A stretch of 64,000 nucleotides of DNA from Candidatus Poribacteria bacterium (GTDB lineage Bacteria > Poribacteria > WGA-4E > PCPOR2b): the NCBI GenBank assembly GCA_965116925.1, contig OZ220744.1, positions 2,272,001-2,336,000 on the forward strand, read 5' to 3'. Position numbers and translations under genes: made by a program. Under the pieces are notes generated by a model, which had not been told where the DNA came from, searched no databases, and was given only the letters and a program-made list of their open reading frames with translations. Each line of letters opens with the position of its first letter. Positions within the stretch are counted from its first letter, which is position 1. Of the stretch, positions 29,499-38,838 are shown in pieces.

Positions 29499-30485
29499 TC
29501 AGGGGATTTTTCGCAGGCGAGTATTTGACAGGATAATCTCTATCATCAACAGGAGTGTTGCGAGGATTAGGGGGTACGCGGCGAGTTCCTTATAACGGGT
29601 GTATTCCATGACCTCAATTTTCGTTGTTTCAAGTTGATTAATCTCTTGATAAATCTCGGCGAGTTTCTGATTATCGGTTGCCCGAAAATAGCGTCCGTCT
29701 GTAATCTCTGCGATCTGTTTAAGCGTTTCTTCATCAACATAGGTGCGATTCGGGCTATACTGTAGCCCGAAAATCGGATCACGGTATGGAATGAATGCGC
29801 CACCTTCTTTTCCCATACCGATAGTATACACCTTGATGTCAAGTGCTTTGGCAGCCTGGGCAGCGGTCAATGGGTCAATGGTTCCGGCGTTATTCTCCCC
29901 ATCGGTAAGCAAAATCGCAATTTTGCTTTTGGCTGTTGAATGACGCAATCTATTGGTCGCATTGGCAAGGGCATCTCCGATAGCAGTACCATCCTCAAGC
30001 ATACCGATTTCGACATTGAGGAGCAGGTTTGCAAGGACCCGGTAATCGAGCGTGAGGGGGCACTGTGTGAAACTTTCACCGGCGAAAACAACCAATCCGA
30101 TGTGGTCATTCTTTCGATCATCTAGAAAGTCGTGGATGACTGCTTTTGCTGCGTGCAAGCGATTATCAGGCTTGAAGTCTTCGGCTCGCATACTTCCAGA
30201 AATGTCGAGGATTAGCAGAATATCAATGCCTTCAGAAGTAATCTGTTGACGACTGTGGGACGATTGTGGACGTGCAAGTGCAAAAATCATTAAGACAATA
30301 ACAAAAAATCGCGCAAAATTTAGGGCAGGCAGGCATCGGACCCAAAAGCTAGGCGCGATCTGGCGACTGATACTGAGATCTGAAAAGCGGATTCGACCGT
30401 TGTTTTTTTGACTTAGATACCAAAGGAGGAACGGCAGAAGCAGTAGTAAGCAGAGAAATCCGGGATGGTCCAATCGCAAGAGCAC
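29499..30485 (-). CDS. batA: VWA-domain membrane protein, BatA-like
   Basis: N-terminal BatA TM domain, ALARPQ, MIDAS DISGSM, GTAIGDAL, LLTDGENN. Confidence 0.85.
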   Translation of the reverse strand: MLLRLDHPGFLCLLLLLPFLLWYLSQKNNGRIRFSDLSISRQIAPSFWVRCLPALNFARFFVIVLMIFALARPQSSHSRQQITSEGIDILLILDISGSMRAEDFKPDNRLHAAKAVIHDFLDDRKNDHIGLVVFAGESFTQCPLTLDYRVLANLLLNVEIGMLEDGTAIGDALANATNRLRHSTAKSKIAILLTDGENNAGTIDPLTAAQAAKALDIKVYTIGMGKEGGAFIPYRDPIFGLQYSPNRTYVDEETLKQIAEITDGRYFRATDNQKLAEIYQEINQLETTKIEVMEYTRYKELAAYPLILATLLLMIEIILSNTRLRKIP

Positions 30486-30533
30486 ACCTCAAACTTGTGT
30501 TGGTTCATTCGTTCATTGGTTCATTGGTGCAAT

Positions 30534-30686
30534 TATGGTGAATTCTAAAAATAAATAGACACTTTCGCCTCCCGGTAGGTGCGGTTTGTAACCGCACCGC
30601 ATAGGTGTTGTGGTCGGTTGAAACGGCGCAGTTAGAAACAGCGCCTACCGAACAGGAGTGTCTCATTAATTCTAAGATCCACTATA
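30534..30686. mobile_element. Family A MITE, reverse orientation, two internal hairpins
   Basis: TATGGTGAATTCTAAAAATAAATAGACAC...TTAATTCTAAGATCCACTATA. Confidence 0.8.
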
Positions 30687-30731
30687 ATGAGTTTTTGCAC
30701 AAGGTTTATGTTAAGAAATCGTGCAAAGATA

Positions 30732-31754
30732 TTATCGGCGATACTGTGGAGGAGCATATTCCCCGCGTTGGCTATTTCCAGAACGAGTCGGTTTCTGACC
30801 AAACAGGGTTCGGAGGCTAACGCCGATCCCGATAGTGCTTGCGATAATGAAAGTTGGAATACTTAGGTAGGGAATCACCGTTGCCATTCGGTAAATCCAG
30901 TATCCGGCAACGACCGCAACAACATTTGATTGTTGTGGGAAGATTGTGCCGCCAATCGAGAGAAAAATTGCAGTTTTCCCGTAAATTGCTATTGGCAACA
31001 AGAGGGCCCCTAACAGCATTGCGAACGGGATACCTGCAATCGAGAGAATGAGTAGGATTGACAAATAAGGCACAATTATCAGAACGATCAATCCGAGGAG
31101 TGTGCTTCCAATCGGACGATGGGAAATGGTAGATGCCATATTGTTGATCTGTTGTGGAAATATCAGCACGAGTAGCAGATGGATGAGTGTCAATGTGATG
31201 AAGGTCATCAGTTCCCAACCAAACCATGCGTATTGTCGATCGCCCCATACTTCTTTTGGTATTCCTTCCATCATTAACGAAGCGGCTGTGGTTGCCAATT
31301 TCAAACCGTTAATTTCTTCGTAGACATCGGTTTCATGCTTGGTATTGCTGCGTAAACTTTCTTTACCGATAATTTCGCCCAAAACCACTGTGACTTTACC
31401 TGTGATTTGCGCGCCTGGTTCAATTTTAACATTTCCACCAAATAGAAAGACATAGCCCTTTACGCGCCCTTGAATCTTTGCATCTCCGGCGATTAAAATA
31501 ATATCATTAACAACTTCTGTCTTTGCGATATTGACCCTGCCACCCATTTGCACAATTCGGGATACATCTTCTGGATCGGTTGACAGGGTTGCTTTCTTAG
31601 GTGGGGAAGCTTTTACTGGTTCGATTGGGCTGGGTTGTTCTGCCTGCTCGTCGGAATTTATCTCGCTGCCTTCAATTTGGGCGATAACGGAATGGGAGGT
31701 GAGTGTTCCAAGGCTGAGATACAGGATTAGAGCTAAATAGACTATTTTTCTCAT
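30732..31754 (-). CDS. Membrane protein with an N-terminal beta-helix (bactofilin/polymer-forming-like) region and a C-terminal multi-TM domain
   Basis: Signal peptide; GG/G-rich repeats (IAGDAKIQGRVKG..LFGGNVKIEPGAQITGKV); several hydrophobic helices. Confidence 0.65.
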   Translation of the reverse strand: MRKIVYLALILYLSLGTLTSHSVIAQIEGSEINSDEQAEQPSPIEPVKASPPKKATLSTDPEDVSRIVQMGGRVNIAKTEVVNDIILIAGDAKIQGRVKGYVFLFGGNVKIEPGAQITGKVTVVLGEIIGKESLRSNTKHETDVYEEINGLKLATTAASLMMEGIPKEVWGDRQYAWFGWELMTFITLTLIHLLLVLIFPQQINNMASTISHRPIGSTLLGLIVLIIVPYLSILLILSIAGIPFAMLLGALLLPIAIYGKTAIFLSIGGTIFPQQSNVVAVVAGYWIYRMATVIPYLSIPTFIIASTIGIGVSLRTLFGQKPTRSGNSQRGEYAPPQYRR

Positions 31755-32010
31755 TGAAGGACCTCAGGGGGGAAGGATGATATAATAGATATAATATGTT
31801 TTTGAACACTGTTTTCGATATGTATTAACCTAAGTTTGAACCTAAGAAAGGGTAGGCTGCGGATAATGTGTTTCTTCACCGATTTCTCGGTGTGATGTTT
31901 CACGCTGCGGAAAGATGACCTTGATTAACAATTCAGAGTTGGTCAGATATAGGTCGAAACGTAGATTATATATGTATGTCAGGCGAAATGACAATTGTTA
32001 ATTTTTGCCC

Positions 32011-32058
32011 GCACAAGATATTGTATGAAAGTTGCATATTCTACCAGATATATAGTAG
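32011..32058. promoter_or_regulatory. Possible tandem NrdR-box-like operators
   Basis: CACAAGATATTGTA (32012) and CCAGATATATAGTA (32044), 32 bp apart, in a divergent intergenic region. Confidence 0.35.
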
Positions 32059-32271
32059 GATAATATAAGATATTTCACCGGATTTGTCAATAAAAATTTA
32101 CAGATGAAGCCTGATTTAGGGGGAGTTTGGCACTTTTTTTGATAATCTGAAGATTCATCTTACTCAACAACAACTAATATCTTGCTAAGATCCCGTGATA
32201 TAGGGTAAAATTAAGGCTAAATATCCTCTGCCTAAATAAAAGGCTGAATCGACGACCGGAGTTAAACAGGC

Positions 32272-33489
32272 TTGAAAATCTTAACGAGATACACCCTCAA
32301 AGAATTTTTCCCTCCTTTTCTGCTAGCACTTATCTGCTTTACCTCCATTCTACTGTTGGAAGAGATCTTCAGGTTGACCAAGCTCTTCGTTAGCAAAGGT
32401 GTGAGTCCCCTCTATCTGTTCCAATTATTGATTTATGTGCTGCCAGCGACGCTTGTTGTGACCATTCCGATGGCTACGCTCGTAGGGATTTTGCTTTCAC
32501 TTGGCAGATTTTCGACGGATAATGAGATTACTGCCATGAAATCCCACGGTATTGGTTTCCATCAAATCCTTTTACCTCTGCTAGTTGTCTCTAGTTTACT
32601 AAGCATTTTCGATTTCTTTTTTATGGATTATGCACTCCCTCGTGGTAATATTGCTTATGTTTCGTTGAAGCATGACATAAGTAGGCGGCACTCCGCCTTT
32701 GTTCTTGAAGAGGGGGTGGTGATGAAAGAGTTAGAGCGCGAGGGGAAACTCTGGCTATATGAATCAACTCATCCGGAAACGGGACGTTTACAGGATGTGA
32801 AGGTATGGGATTCAATATGGCCGGGGCAGCCACGTTTTGTGAATGCAAGGGAGGCTACAATCGGATTTAGGGATGGGCAGGCGTGGTTGACGCTTTATGA
32901 TGGGTTTACTTATGAGCCGGTTGCCGATAGCGACAACGGTTTTCGGGTAACCACTTTTGCGGAAGATCAGATCGCCCTTGACTTTACGGAAACGTTAGAA
33001 CGGACAGAGTATGAATCTAAGAGTACCCGAAACATGCCGCTTGCCAAGCTGAAAACCCATATCGGCCAACTTCAGGATCGTGTGACCGAAAAACAGTCGA
33101 AACCTCGTTTGGATAAATTGCGATATGCACAGGTTGAATATCACAAGAAGTTTTCGATCCCGTTTGCCTGTTTTGTTTTCGGTTTAATTGGTGTGCCGCT
33201 TGGCTTGGTTGTCAAGCGAAGTGGCAAGATGGTCGGTTTCGGTATCGGACTTGGGCTTGTGCTTGTATACTACTTGCTGCTACAGGTTGGACAGGATACA
33301 GGGCGAAGTGGTGTGCTTCCCCCCGGCTTCGCGGTTTGGCTGCCAAACCTCGTTATAGGGTTATTGGGTTTGGGGTTTGCGTTGCGAGTTATCTTGGAGG
33401 GCAAACTGGAGACGCAACAGAATCGAGAACAGAAACCGCCGTCTTCTTTTCAAGAGACAGAAGCGCAAGAGGTTGGAGAATCGGATTGA
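32272..33489 (+). CDS. lptF: LPS export ABC permease, LptF/LptG family (LptF-like)
   Basis: MKILTRY, GRFSTDNEITAMKSHGI, EYHKKFSIPFAC, WLPN. Confidence 0.85.
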   Translation: MKILTRYTLKEFFPPFLLALICFTSILLLEEIFRLTKLFVSKGVSPLYLFQLLIYVLPATLVVTIPMATLVGILLSLGRFSTDNEITAMKSHGIGFHQILLPLLVVSSLLSIFDFFFMDYALPRGNIAYVSLKHDISRRHSAFVLEEGVVMKELEREGKLWLYESTHPETGRLQDVKVWDSIWPGQPRFVNAREATIGFRDGQAWLTLYDGFTYEPVADSDNGFRVTTFAEDQIALDFTETLERTEYESKSTRNMPLAKLKTHIGQLQDRVTEKQSKPRLDKLRYAQVEYHKKFSIPFACFVFGLIGVPLGLVVKRSGKMVGFGIGLGLVLVYYLLLQVGQDTGRSGVLPPGFAVWLPNLVIGLLGLGFALRVILEGKLETQQNREQKPPSSFQETEAQEVGESD

Positions 33490-33503
33490 TAGAGTGGGTC
33501 GAT

Positions 33504-33610
33504 TATAGTGAATTCAAAAAATAAATAGACACTTGCGCCCCCATGTTTGGTAGGCGCTGTTTCCAACTGCGCCGATTTGGCGTGTTTCATTAATTCTGAG
33601 ATTTGCTATA
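33504..33610. mobile_element. Family A MITE (107 bp, reverse), at the left edge of the R-M island
   Basis: TATAGTGAATTCAAAAAATAAATAGACAC...GAGATTTGCTATA. Confidence 0.82.
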
Positions 33611-33873
33611 CTTTTAGGATTTACACAGCTGAACACTCAGACCCTCCGTTCCGATCCCGTTTCGAGGACTCCGATAAATCGGGACGTGAAAATGGGAAAA
33701 GGTTCGTTGGTTCGTTTAGCCCCAGCGGGGCGACATGTCTATAGCCGGGCGATAGGTGCCTTCTCCCAAGCCCCAGCGGGGTGACATGTGTCGCATTGGG
33801 TTATGTAGGATATATTGAGCAAACCACAATTTGTTGTTCACCAATCCTAATCCACAGCAATTGGAGATTAAAT

Positions 33874-35445
33874 TTGAGTACAATCCAGAGCGGTATTGAA
33901 AAACGATTATGGTCGATAGCGGATGAATTGAGAGCAAACTCCAATCTCAAAGGATCTGAGTATTCAACACCCGTACTCGGGCTGATATTCTTGCGGTATG
34001 CGGACCATAAATTCACACAGGCGGAGAAGGAGATCGGCGAAACAACCTCCACCAGCAGAAGGCGCGGTAGAAGCACAGATCAGCGGGCAGCATATCAAGC
34101 GCGAGGTGTGCCCTACCTTCTTGAGAAAGCCCGATTCCAGTATCTGTTGAATCTGCCGGAGAGCGGGGACATTGCACAGGCTATCACCGATGCGATGCGG
34201 GCGATTGAGGCGGAAAACAGACAGCTGCTTGATGGGGTCTTGCCCAAGACCTACAACCGACTCGAAAAGAGTGTCCTCATTGAACTGCTCCGTGCTATGG
34301 CACAGATTCCGATGGACATCGAAGGCGATGCCTTTGGCAAGATCTACGAGTATTTCTTGGGTAACTTTGCTATGGCGGAAGGGCAACGGGGCGGTGAGTT
34401 CTTCACACCTACCTCTCTGGTAAAGTTGATTGTCGAGATTCTCCAGCCGTTTCAAGGGCGAATCCTGGACCCGGCGTGCGGCTCTGGCGGTATGTTCGTC
34501 CAGAGTGCTGAGTTTGTTGATAACCATAGGACAAATGAAAAGGATCAGATCAGCATTCACGGAACGGAGCGGGTCGCAGAGACAATCCGACTCTGCAAGA
34601 TGAACCTCGCTGTGCACGGACTGGAAGGCGATATCCGGCAAGCGAACAGCTACTACGAAGACCCGCATCGGTGCTTGGATCAGTTCGACTTCGTGATGGC
34701 AAATCCGCCGTTTAATGTGGATCGGGTGGACAGGGAACGGATTAAGGATGCCCCGCGATTCCCGTTCGGGATGCCCCGCGTAGATAACGCCAACTATCTC
34801 TGGATCCAGCTATTCTACAGCGCACTAAACGACTCCGGACGAGCAGGGTTTGTGATGGCGAACTCCGCCGCCGATGCCCGCGCTTCTGAGTTAGAGATCC
34901 GCAGGCAGATTATCGAATCCCGCGCGGTTGATGTGATGGTGAGTATCTCATCCAATTTCTTCTATACCGTTACGCTGCCCTGCACCCTCTGGTTCTTCGA
35001 CAAGTCCAAAGGGGAGAGCGAACGGGGGGATAAGGTGCTCTTCATTGATGCCCGGCATATCTACCAGCAGATTGATCGGGCGCACCGGGAGTTCACACCA
35101 CAGCAGATTGAGTTCTTGTCCAACATTGCGAGGTTGTATCGGGGCGAATCCCCTGAAAACCAGCACGACAGCGCGGATATGATGGCGTCGAAATTCCCCG
35201 ATGGCGTGTATGTTGATGTGCCGGGGCTCTGTAAGGTGGCTACAGTGGCAGAAATCGAGGCGCAGGGGTGGAGTCTTAATCCGGGGCGGTATGTCGGGGT
35301 TGCAGAGCGGGAGGAAGATACGTTTGACTTCGCGGAACGGTTAGGAGAACTTAACGAGGAGTTGGAAGTCTTGAACGCTGAGGCGCGTCAGTTGGAAGAA
35401 CGGATTGGGGAGAATGTGGCGATGATTTTGGAAGATATGGTATGA
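33874..35445 (+). CDS. hsdM: Type I restriction-modification methyltransferase subunit M
   Basis: [32 protein letters not shown]; likely TTG start 33874 after GGAG (the upstream ORF extension is repeat-derived). Confidence 0.95.
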   Translation: MSTIQSGIEKRLWSIADELRANSNLKGSEYSTPVLGLIFLRYADHKFTQAEKEIGETTSTSRRRGRSTDQRAAYQARGVPYLLEKARFQYLLNLPESGDIAQAITDAMRAIEAENRQLLDGVLPKTYNRLEKSVLIELLRAMAQIPMDIEGDAFGKIYEYFLGNFAMAEGQRGGEFFTPTSLVKLIVEILQPFQGRILDPACGSGGMFVQSAEFVDNHRTNEKDQISIHGTERVAETIRLCKMNLAVHGLEGDIRQANSYYEDPHRCLDQFDFVMANPPFNVDRVDRERIKDAPRFPFGMPRVDNANYLWIQLFYSALNDSGRAGFVMANSAADARASELEIRRQIIESRAVDVMVSISSNFFYTVTLPCTLWFFDKSKGESERGDKVLFIDARHIYQQIDRAHREFTPQQIEFLSNIARLYRGESPENQHDSADMMASKFPDGVYVDVPGLCKVATVAEIEAQGWSLNPGRYVGVAEREEDTFDFAERLGELNEELEVLNAEARQLEERIGENVAMILEDMV

Positions 35446-35755
35446 TAACCCAAGTTGCCACACGTGTAGGTTAGGCATCTTGCCTGCTGCTATCCGTAGG
35501 TCGGGCATCTTGCCCGACCTATAGCACCAGAGGTGCGCCATGTGTATAGACAACGGGCATCCAAGTAATCTAAAGCCCCAGTTGCTTTGAATCCCGATCC
35601 TATCGGGGCGGGGCGACATGTCTATAGTACATAGATAAACAAATATCCGAAAGCCCCAGCGGGGCGACATGTGTATAGTATAAGGTGTCCGCAGATAAAA
35701 TCGTCAAGTGGAATACAAAAAGCGTTGTTTCTGCCATTAGGGAGGCTTCACGCAC

Positions 35756-36208
35756 ATGGACGAAAAACAGGAGTTAATAGAAATCTACAAGCTCCACGCA
35801 GGCCTTGCCGACAGCGTCAGCAGGCAACGAGGCACAACAAACCGTTTTTATATTTTAGTCATGTCAGGACTATCTGTGCTCTTCTTGGCACTATTACAAT
35901 TCCGAAATGGCGTGCCGCTTGGCGGCCTGATGATAGGTTTCGGGCTATTGGGCACATCACTCGCAGTCGCTTGGTACATCCACATCCGTTCCTATCGCCA
36001 GCTAAATTCGGGTAAATTTAAACCCCTACATGAGTTAGAAGAGAAGCTCGCTTACCCTTTTTTCAAGCGGGAATGGGAACTACTCGAAGAAGGAGAGAAC
36101 CCGAACAAATATTGGAAGTTGACTGTTGTTGAAACCTTTGTTCCCATCATCTTTTTCCTTCTCTTTGCGGCGGTGTTGTTTATCGGGAGTTACCTATTGC
36201 TGCGATGA
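35756..36208 (+). CDS. Small multi-TM protein, RipA/Rip1-like membrane effector family
   Basis: YKL...ADSVS.QR..TNRFY, TM, W..HIRSYRQLNSGKF..LHELE, EW..L, Y..LT.VE..VP..F pattern. Confidence 0.65.
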   Translation: MDEKQELIEIYKLHAGLADSVSRQRGTTNRFYILVMSGLSVLFLALLQFRNGVPLGGLMIGFGLLGTSLAVAWYIHIRSYRQLNSGKFKPLHELEEKLAYPFFKREWELLEEGENPNKYWKLTVVETFVPIIFFLLFAAVLFIGSYLLLR

Positions 36209-36217
36209 AATTCCATT

Positions 36218-36257
36218 GTCAGAATCAGGATTCTCCAGATGAAAGGATTTTCAGGAT
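36218..36257. repeat. 40-bp direct repeat; partner at 37487-37526; the pair flanks the AlbA gene
   Basis: GTCAGAATCAGGATTCTC(C/A)AGAT(GA/TG)AAGGATTTTCAGGAT, 37/40 identical. Confidence 0.85.
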
Positions 36258-36299
36258 TATCAGAATCTGACATTATTATGATAACAAGGGTATGAAATT

Positions 36300-37487
36300 A
36301 TGTTTACAAAGTTAGCAGCTGACATCACCTTTTCAGATATCGAAGATTTTTGTCGGGAGTTTGGCGAAGGTGTACGAGTGGAATACAAGCAGGAGATTCA
36401 GCATATCCCCAAAATCGTGTCCTCCTTTGCCAATACATTGGGCGGGATTTTCATTATTGGTGCGGAGACCGATGAAAACAATAAAGTCAAATTTCCCATT
36501 CAGGGTATACCTAATAGAGGTAGAATTGAAGAACAAATCCAGGAGAGCGCGCTCAATGGCATTTATCCAGCAGTAATACCTGAAGTGATAATCTGCGATG
36601 TTCCGAACACTAACAATGTAGTTGTCATAATCCGTGTTGATGAGAGCGTAGAAGCTCCCCATGCGATTCAAAATTCTACGAGAGTGTATATCCGTATAGG
36701 TAGTATCACACAACCGTATAAACTTGAACTAGCAGAGATTGACCGGATTGAATATATGTTGAAACGCCGTGGGGATTCACAGGTAACTGCTCGACAAATT
36801 TTTAATCGTGCTGAGGAAAGGACAGAATCCCTTTTTGCGACAAATAGGCCGAATATTACAGCGATTACCCGTCCAGTATTTCCCTATCGTCCTCTCATCG
36901 CAACAGAAAAAATTCGTGACTTTGCAAGACATACAGGATTTATCAACAATCCAACGGGAGCGAGAGCTGCCGGGGGTATGGTTGATGTTACAAGAGGGGA
37001 CATAGGTCTATATGATTACTGGGAATATAACGAATATGGGATTGCTTATCGTAGGAAATCATTAGATAGTAGTTTTATTGGTTCAGAGGAAGAATATCTT
37101 GACTTTTGGGAATGTGTTGCGATGATTGGAAGGTTTATTGATAGAGCACGATATTTTTACAAGGAATGTGCGTATTTAGGGGCTATTGAGATTGCAGTGC
37201 AATTGCGACACATTTTTGACAAAAAACTTTCGTTTCACAGAATAGTGGAACAATTGCCCGGTGTCAGATGGACAGGTGCTGATACGACGGAACAACGGTG
37301 CATTGATTCAGAAATTAGAATTTCTACGCAACGTCTTGCACATTGTCTTGAGGGAGAAGAATTCATAAACGTTCTTGATGAATTGACGAGCCAACTGCTC
37401 TGGGCGTTTAATGTTGATGCTACAGATATGGAGAGGGAGAAGGTAATACAATTTATTTTAGGGGGAGAGTGGGGTTGGCGTCAATAG
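36300..37487 (+). CDS. AlbA_2/Schlafen-domain protein with an unknown C-terminal domain
   Basis: EGVRVEYK...IVSSFANTLGGIFIIG...PH...VYIRIGS. Confidence 0.82.
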   Translation: MFTKLAADITFSDIEDFCREFGEGVRVEYKQEIQHIPKIVSSFANTLGGIFIIGAETDENNKVKFPIQGIPNRGRIEEQIQESALNGIYPAVIPEVIICDVPNTNNVVVIIRVDESVEAPHAIQNSTRVYIRIGSITQPYKLELAEIDRIEYMLKRRGDSQVTARQIFNRAEERTESLFATNRPNITAITRPVFPYRPLIATEKIRDFARHTGFINNPTGARAAGGMVDVTRGDIGLYDYWEYNEYGIAYRRKSLDSSFIGSEEEYLDFWECVAMIGRFIDRARYFYKECAYLGAIEIAVQLRHIFDKKLSFHRIVEQLPGVRWTGADTTEQRCIDSEIRISTQRLAHCLEGEEFINVLDELTSQLLWAFNVDATDMEREKVIQFILGGEWGWRQ

Positions 37488-37581
37488 TCAGAATCAGGAT
37501 TCTCAAGATTGAAGGATTTTCAGGATAGCATGTGGCAGCGGATAGAGTTAATCCTGTAAATCCTAAAATCCAGATTCAGAC

Positions 37582-37619
37582 AGAATGTGGCGATGATTTT
37601 CAAGGATAGGGTATAATAA
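37582..37619 (+). repeat. Copy of the hsdM 3' end
   Basis: AGAATGTGGCGATGATTTT identical to 35411-35429; 33/38 identical overall to 35411-35448. Confidence 0.85.
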
Positions 37620-37710
37620 GGTATTAGGAAAAACGGAAAAAGTGAAGTGTCTGATCAAATGAACGCGCCCGCAACAAAATCGGGCACATTTCTCCAAAAA
37701 GGATTTGATA

Positions 37711-38838
37711 ATGTCTGATGAAACGAAACCGGATCAATTACCAGAGACCGAAGACAAAACTACTGATCTGCTTGACGCTGCCACCGATTTCCTAGTAGAT
37801 TCAGCCATTCCCGTGCCATTCTGGAAAAACGTCGCTAAAGCTTTGCGCCAATTGTCCACTGCTGCAGTTGAGTGGCCTGCTGCGTATTTTGAAGGGAAAG
37901 CTGCTGAAATTCGAGCAGGAACGAAAGCACGTATTCAAATTACTGAGAATATTACGGATCAAATGACCGAACAAATAAAGGTACCCCCGGAATATGCACA
38001 GAGAGCAGTAAAGCAATACGGGGAAAAAATACTCCGAGAGCAGAGCAACCTTGATAAGATCTGTGCTATCGCTGTAAATTTACTTAAGAAAGAAAAATCT
38101 GCGAGTTCAACGGATCAGAGCGCAGACCACGGTGAGGAAGGGACCATTAACGATGATTGGCTGAACGGTTTTGAGGAGGAAGCAAGACAAAAAAGCACCG
38201 AAGAGATGCAACTTCTTTTTGGACGCATCCTAGCGGGTGAAATTAGTCAACCGGGTTCGTATTCAATCCGGGCGGTCAAAACCCTCAGTCAATTGGATCA
38301 AAAAGTTGCATTCTTGTTCAAAAAATTATGTTCGATGTGTGTAGCTTTGAGAGATCCATTTCATGAGTTTGTTATTGATGCTAGGGTTTGCTCTCTAGGC
38401 GGAGACGCTAATGCAAATGCCCTCATAAAATATGGCTTAATTTTTCACGAGCTCAATATATTAAACGAGTATGGCCTGATTATTTCAGAATACCACTCCT
38501 CGCATAGCTACTACGATCCTATACAAAATAAGAATACCCAACGCTGTTTGCCATTCTGGTATCAGGGACGATATTGGGGGTTATGTCCTTTGCCAGGGTG
38601 GAAGGAAGAGAATCGGCATAAGTTTAGGTTGTGGGGCGTTGCTCTTTCTCGGACTGGGCGTGAATTACTCCGCGTAGTCGATCTAGAACCGGTGGACGAT
38701 ATACTGAAGGTCTTAAGGCCACGATACACTGAAGGCCTCAAGGAATTCTTTGGTGAGCATAACTTACGAATGGCTGAAGTCCAAGTCCGGCAGGAATTCT
38801 TTGGTGAACGTAAACTGACTCACTTTTATGTCCAATAA
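37711..38838 (+). CDS. DUF2806-domain protein
   Basis: REQSNL..I, DDWLNGF...A...STEEMQLLFGRILAGEI.QPGSYS.R. Confidence 0.78.
   Translation: MSDETKPDQLPETEDKTTDLLDAATDFLVDSAIPVPFWKNVAKALRQLSTAAVEWPAAYFEGKAAEIRAGTKARIQITENITDQMTEQIKVPPEYAQRAVKQYGEKILREQSNLDKICAIAVNLLKKEKSASSTDQSADHGEEGTINDDWLNGFEEEARQKSTEEMQLLFGRILAGEISQPGSYSIRAVKTLSQLDQKVAFLFKKLCSMCVALRDPFHEFVIDARVCSLGGDANANALIKYGLIFHELNILNEYGLIISEYHSSHSYYDPIQNKNTQRCLPFWYQGRYWGLCPLPGWKEENRHKFRLWGVALSRTGRELLRVVDLEPVDDILKVLRPRYTEGLKEFFGEHNLRMAEVQVRQEFFGERKLTHFYVQ

Noticed and set aside
33781..33873. N-terminal ORF extensions of hsdM (also the Gfo gene at 26103-26255)
   Set aside because: They begin in or run through intergenic repeats; better RBS-linked starts lie downstream.
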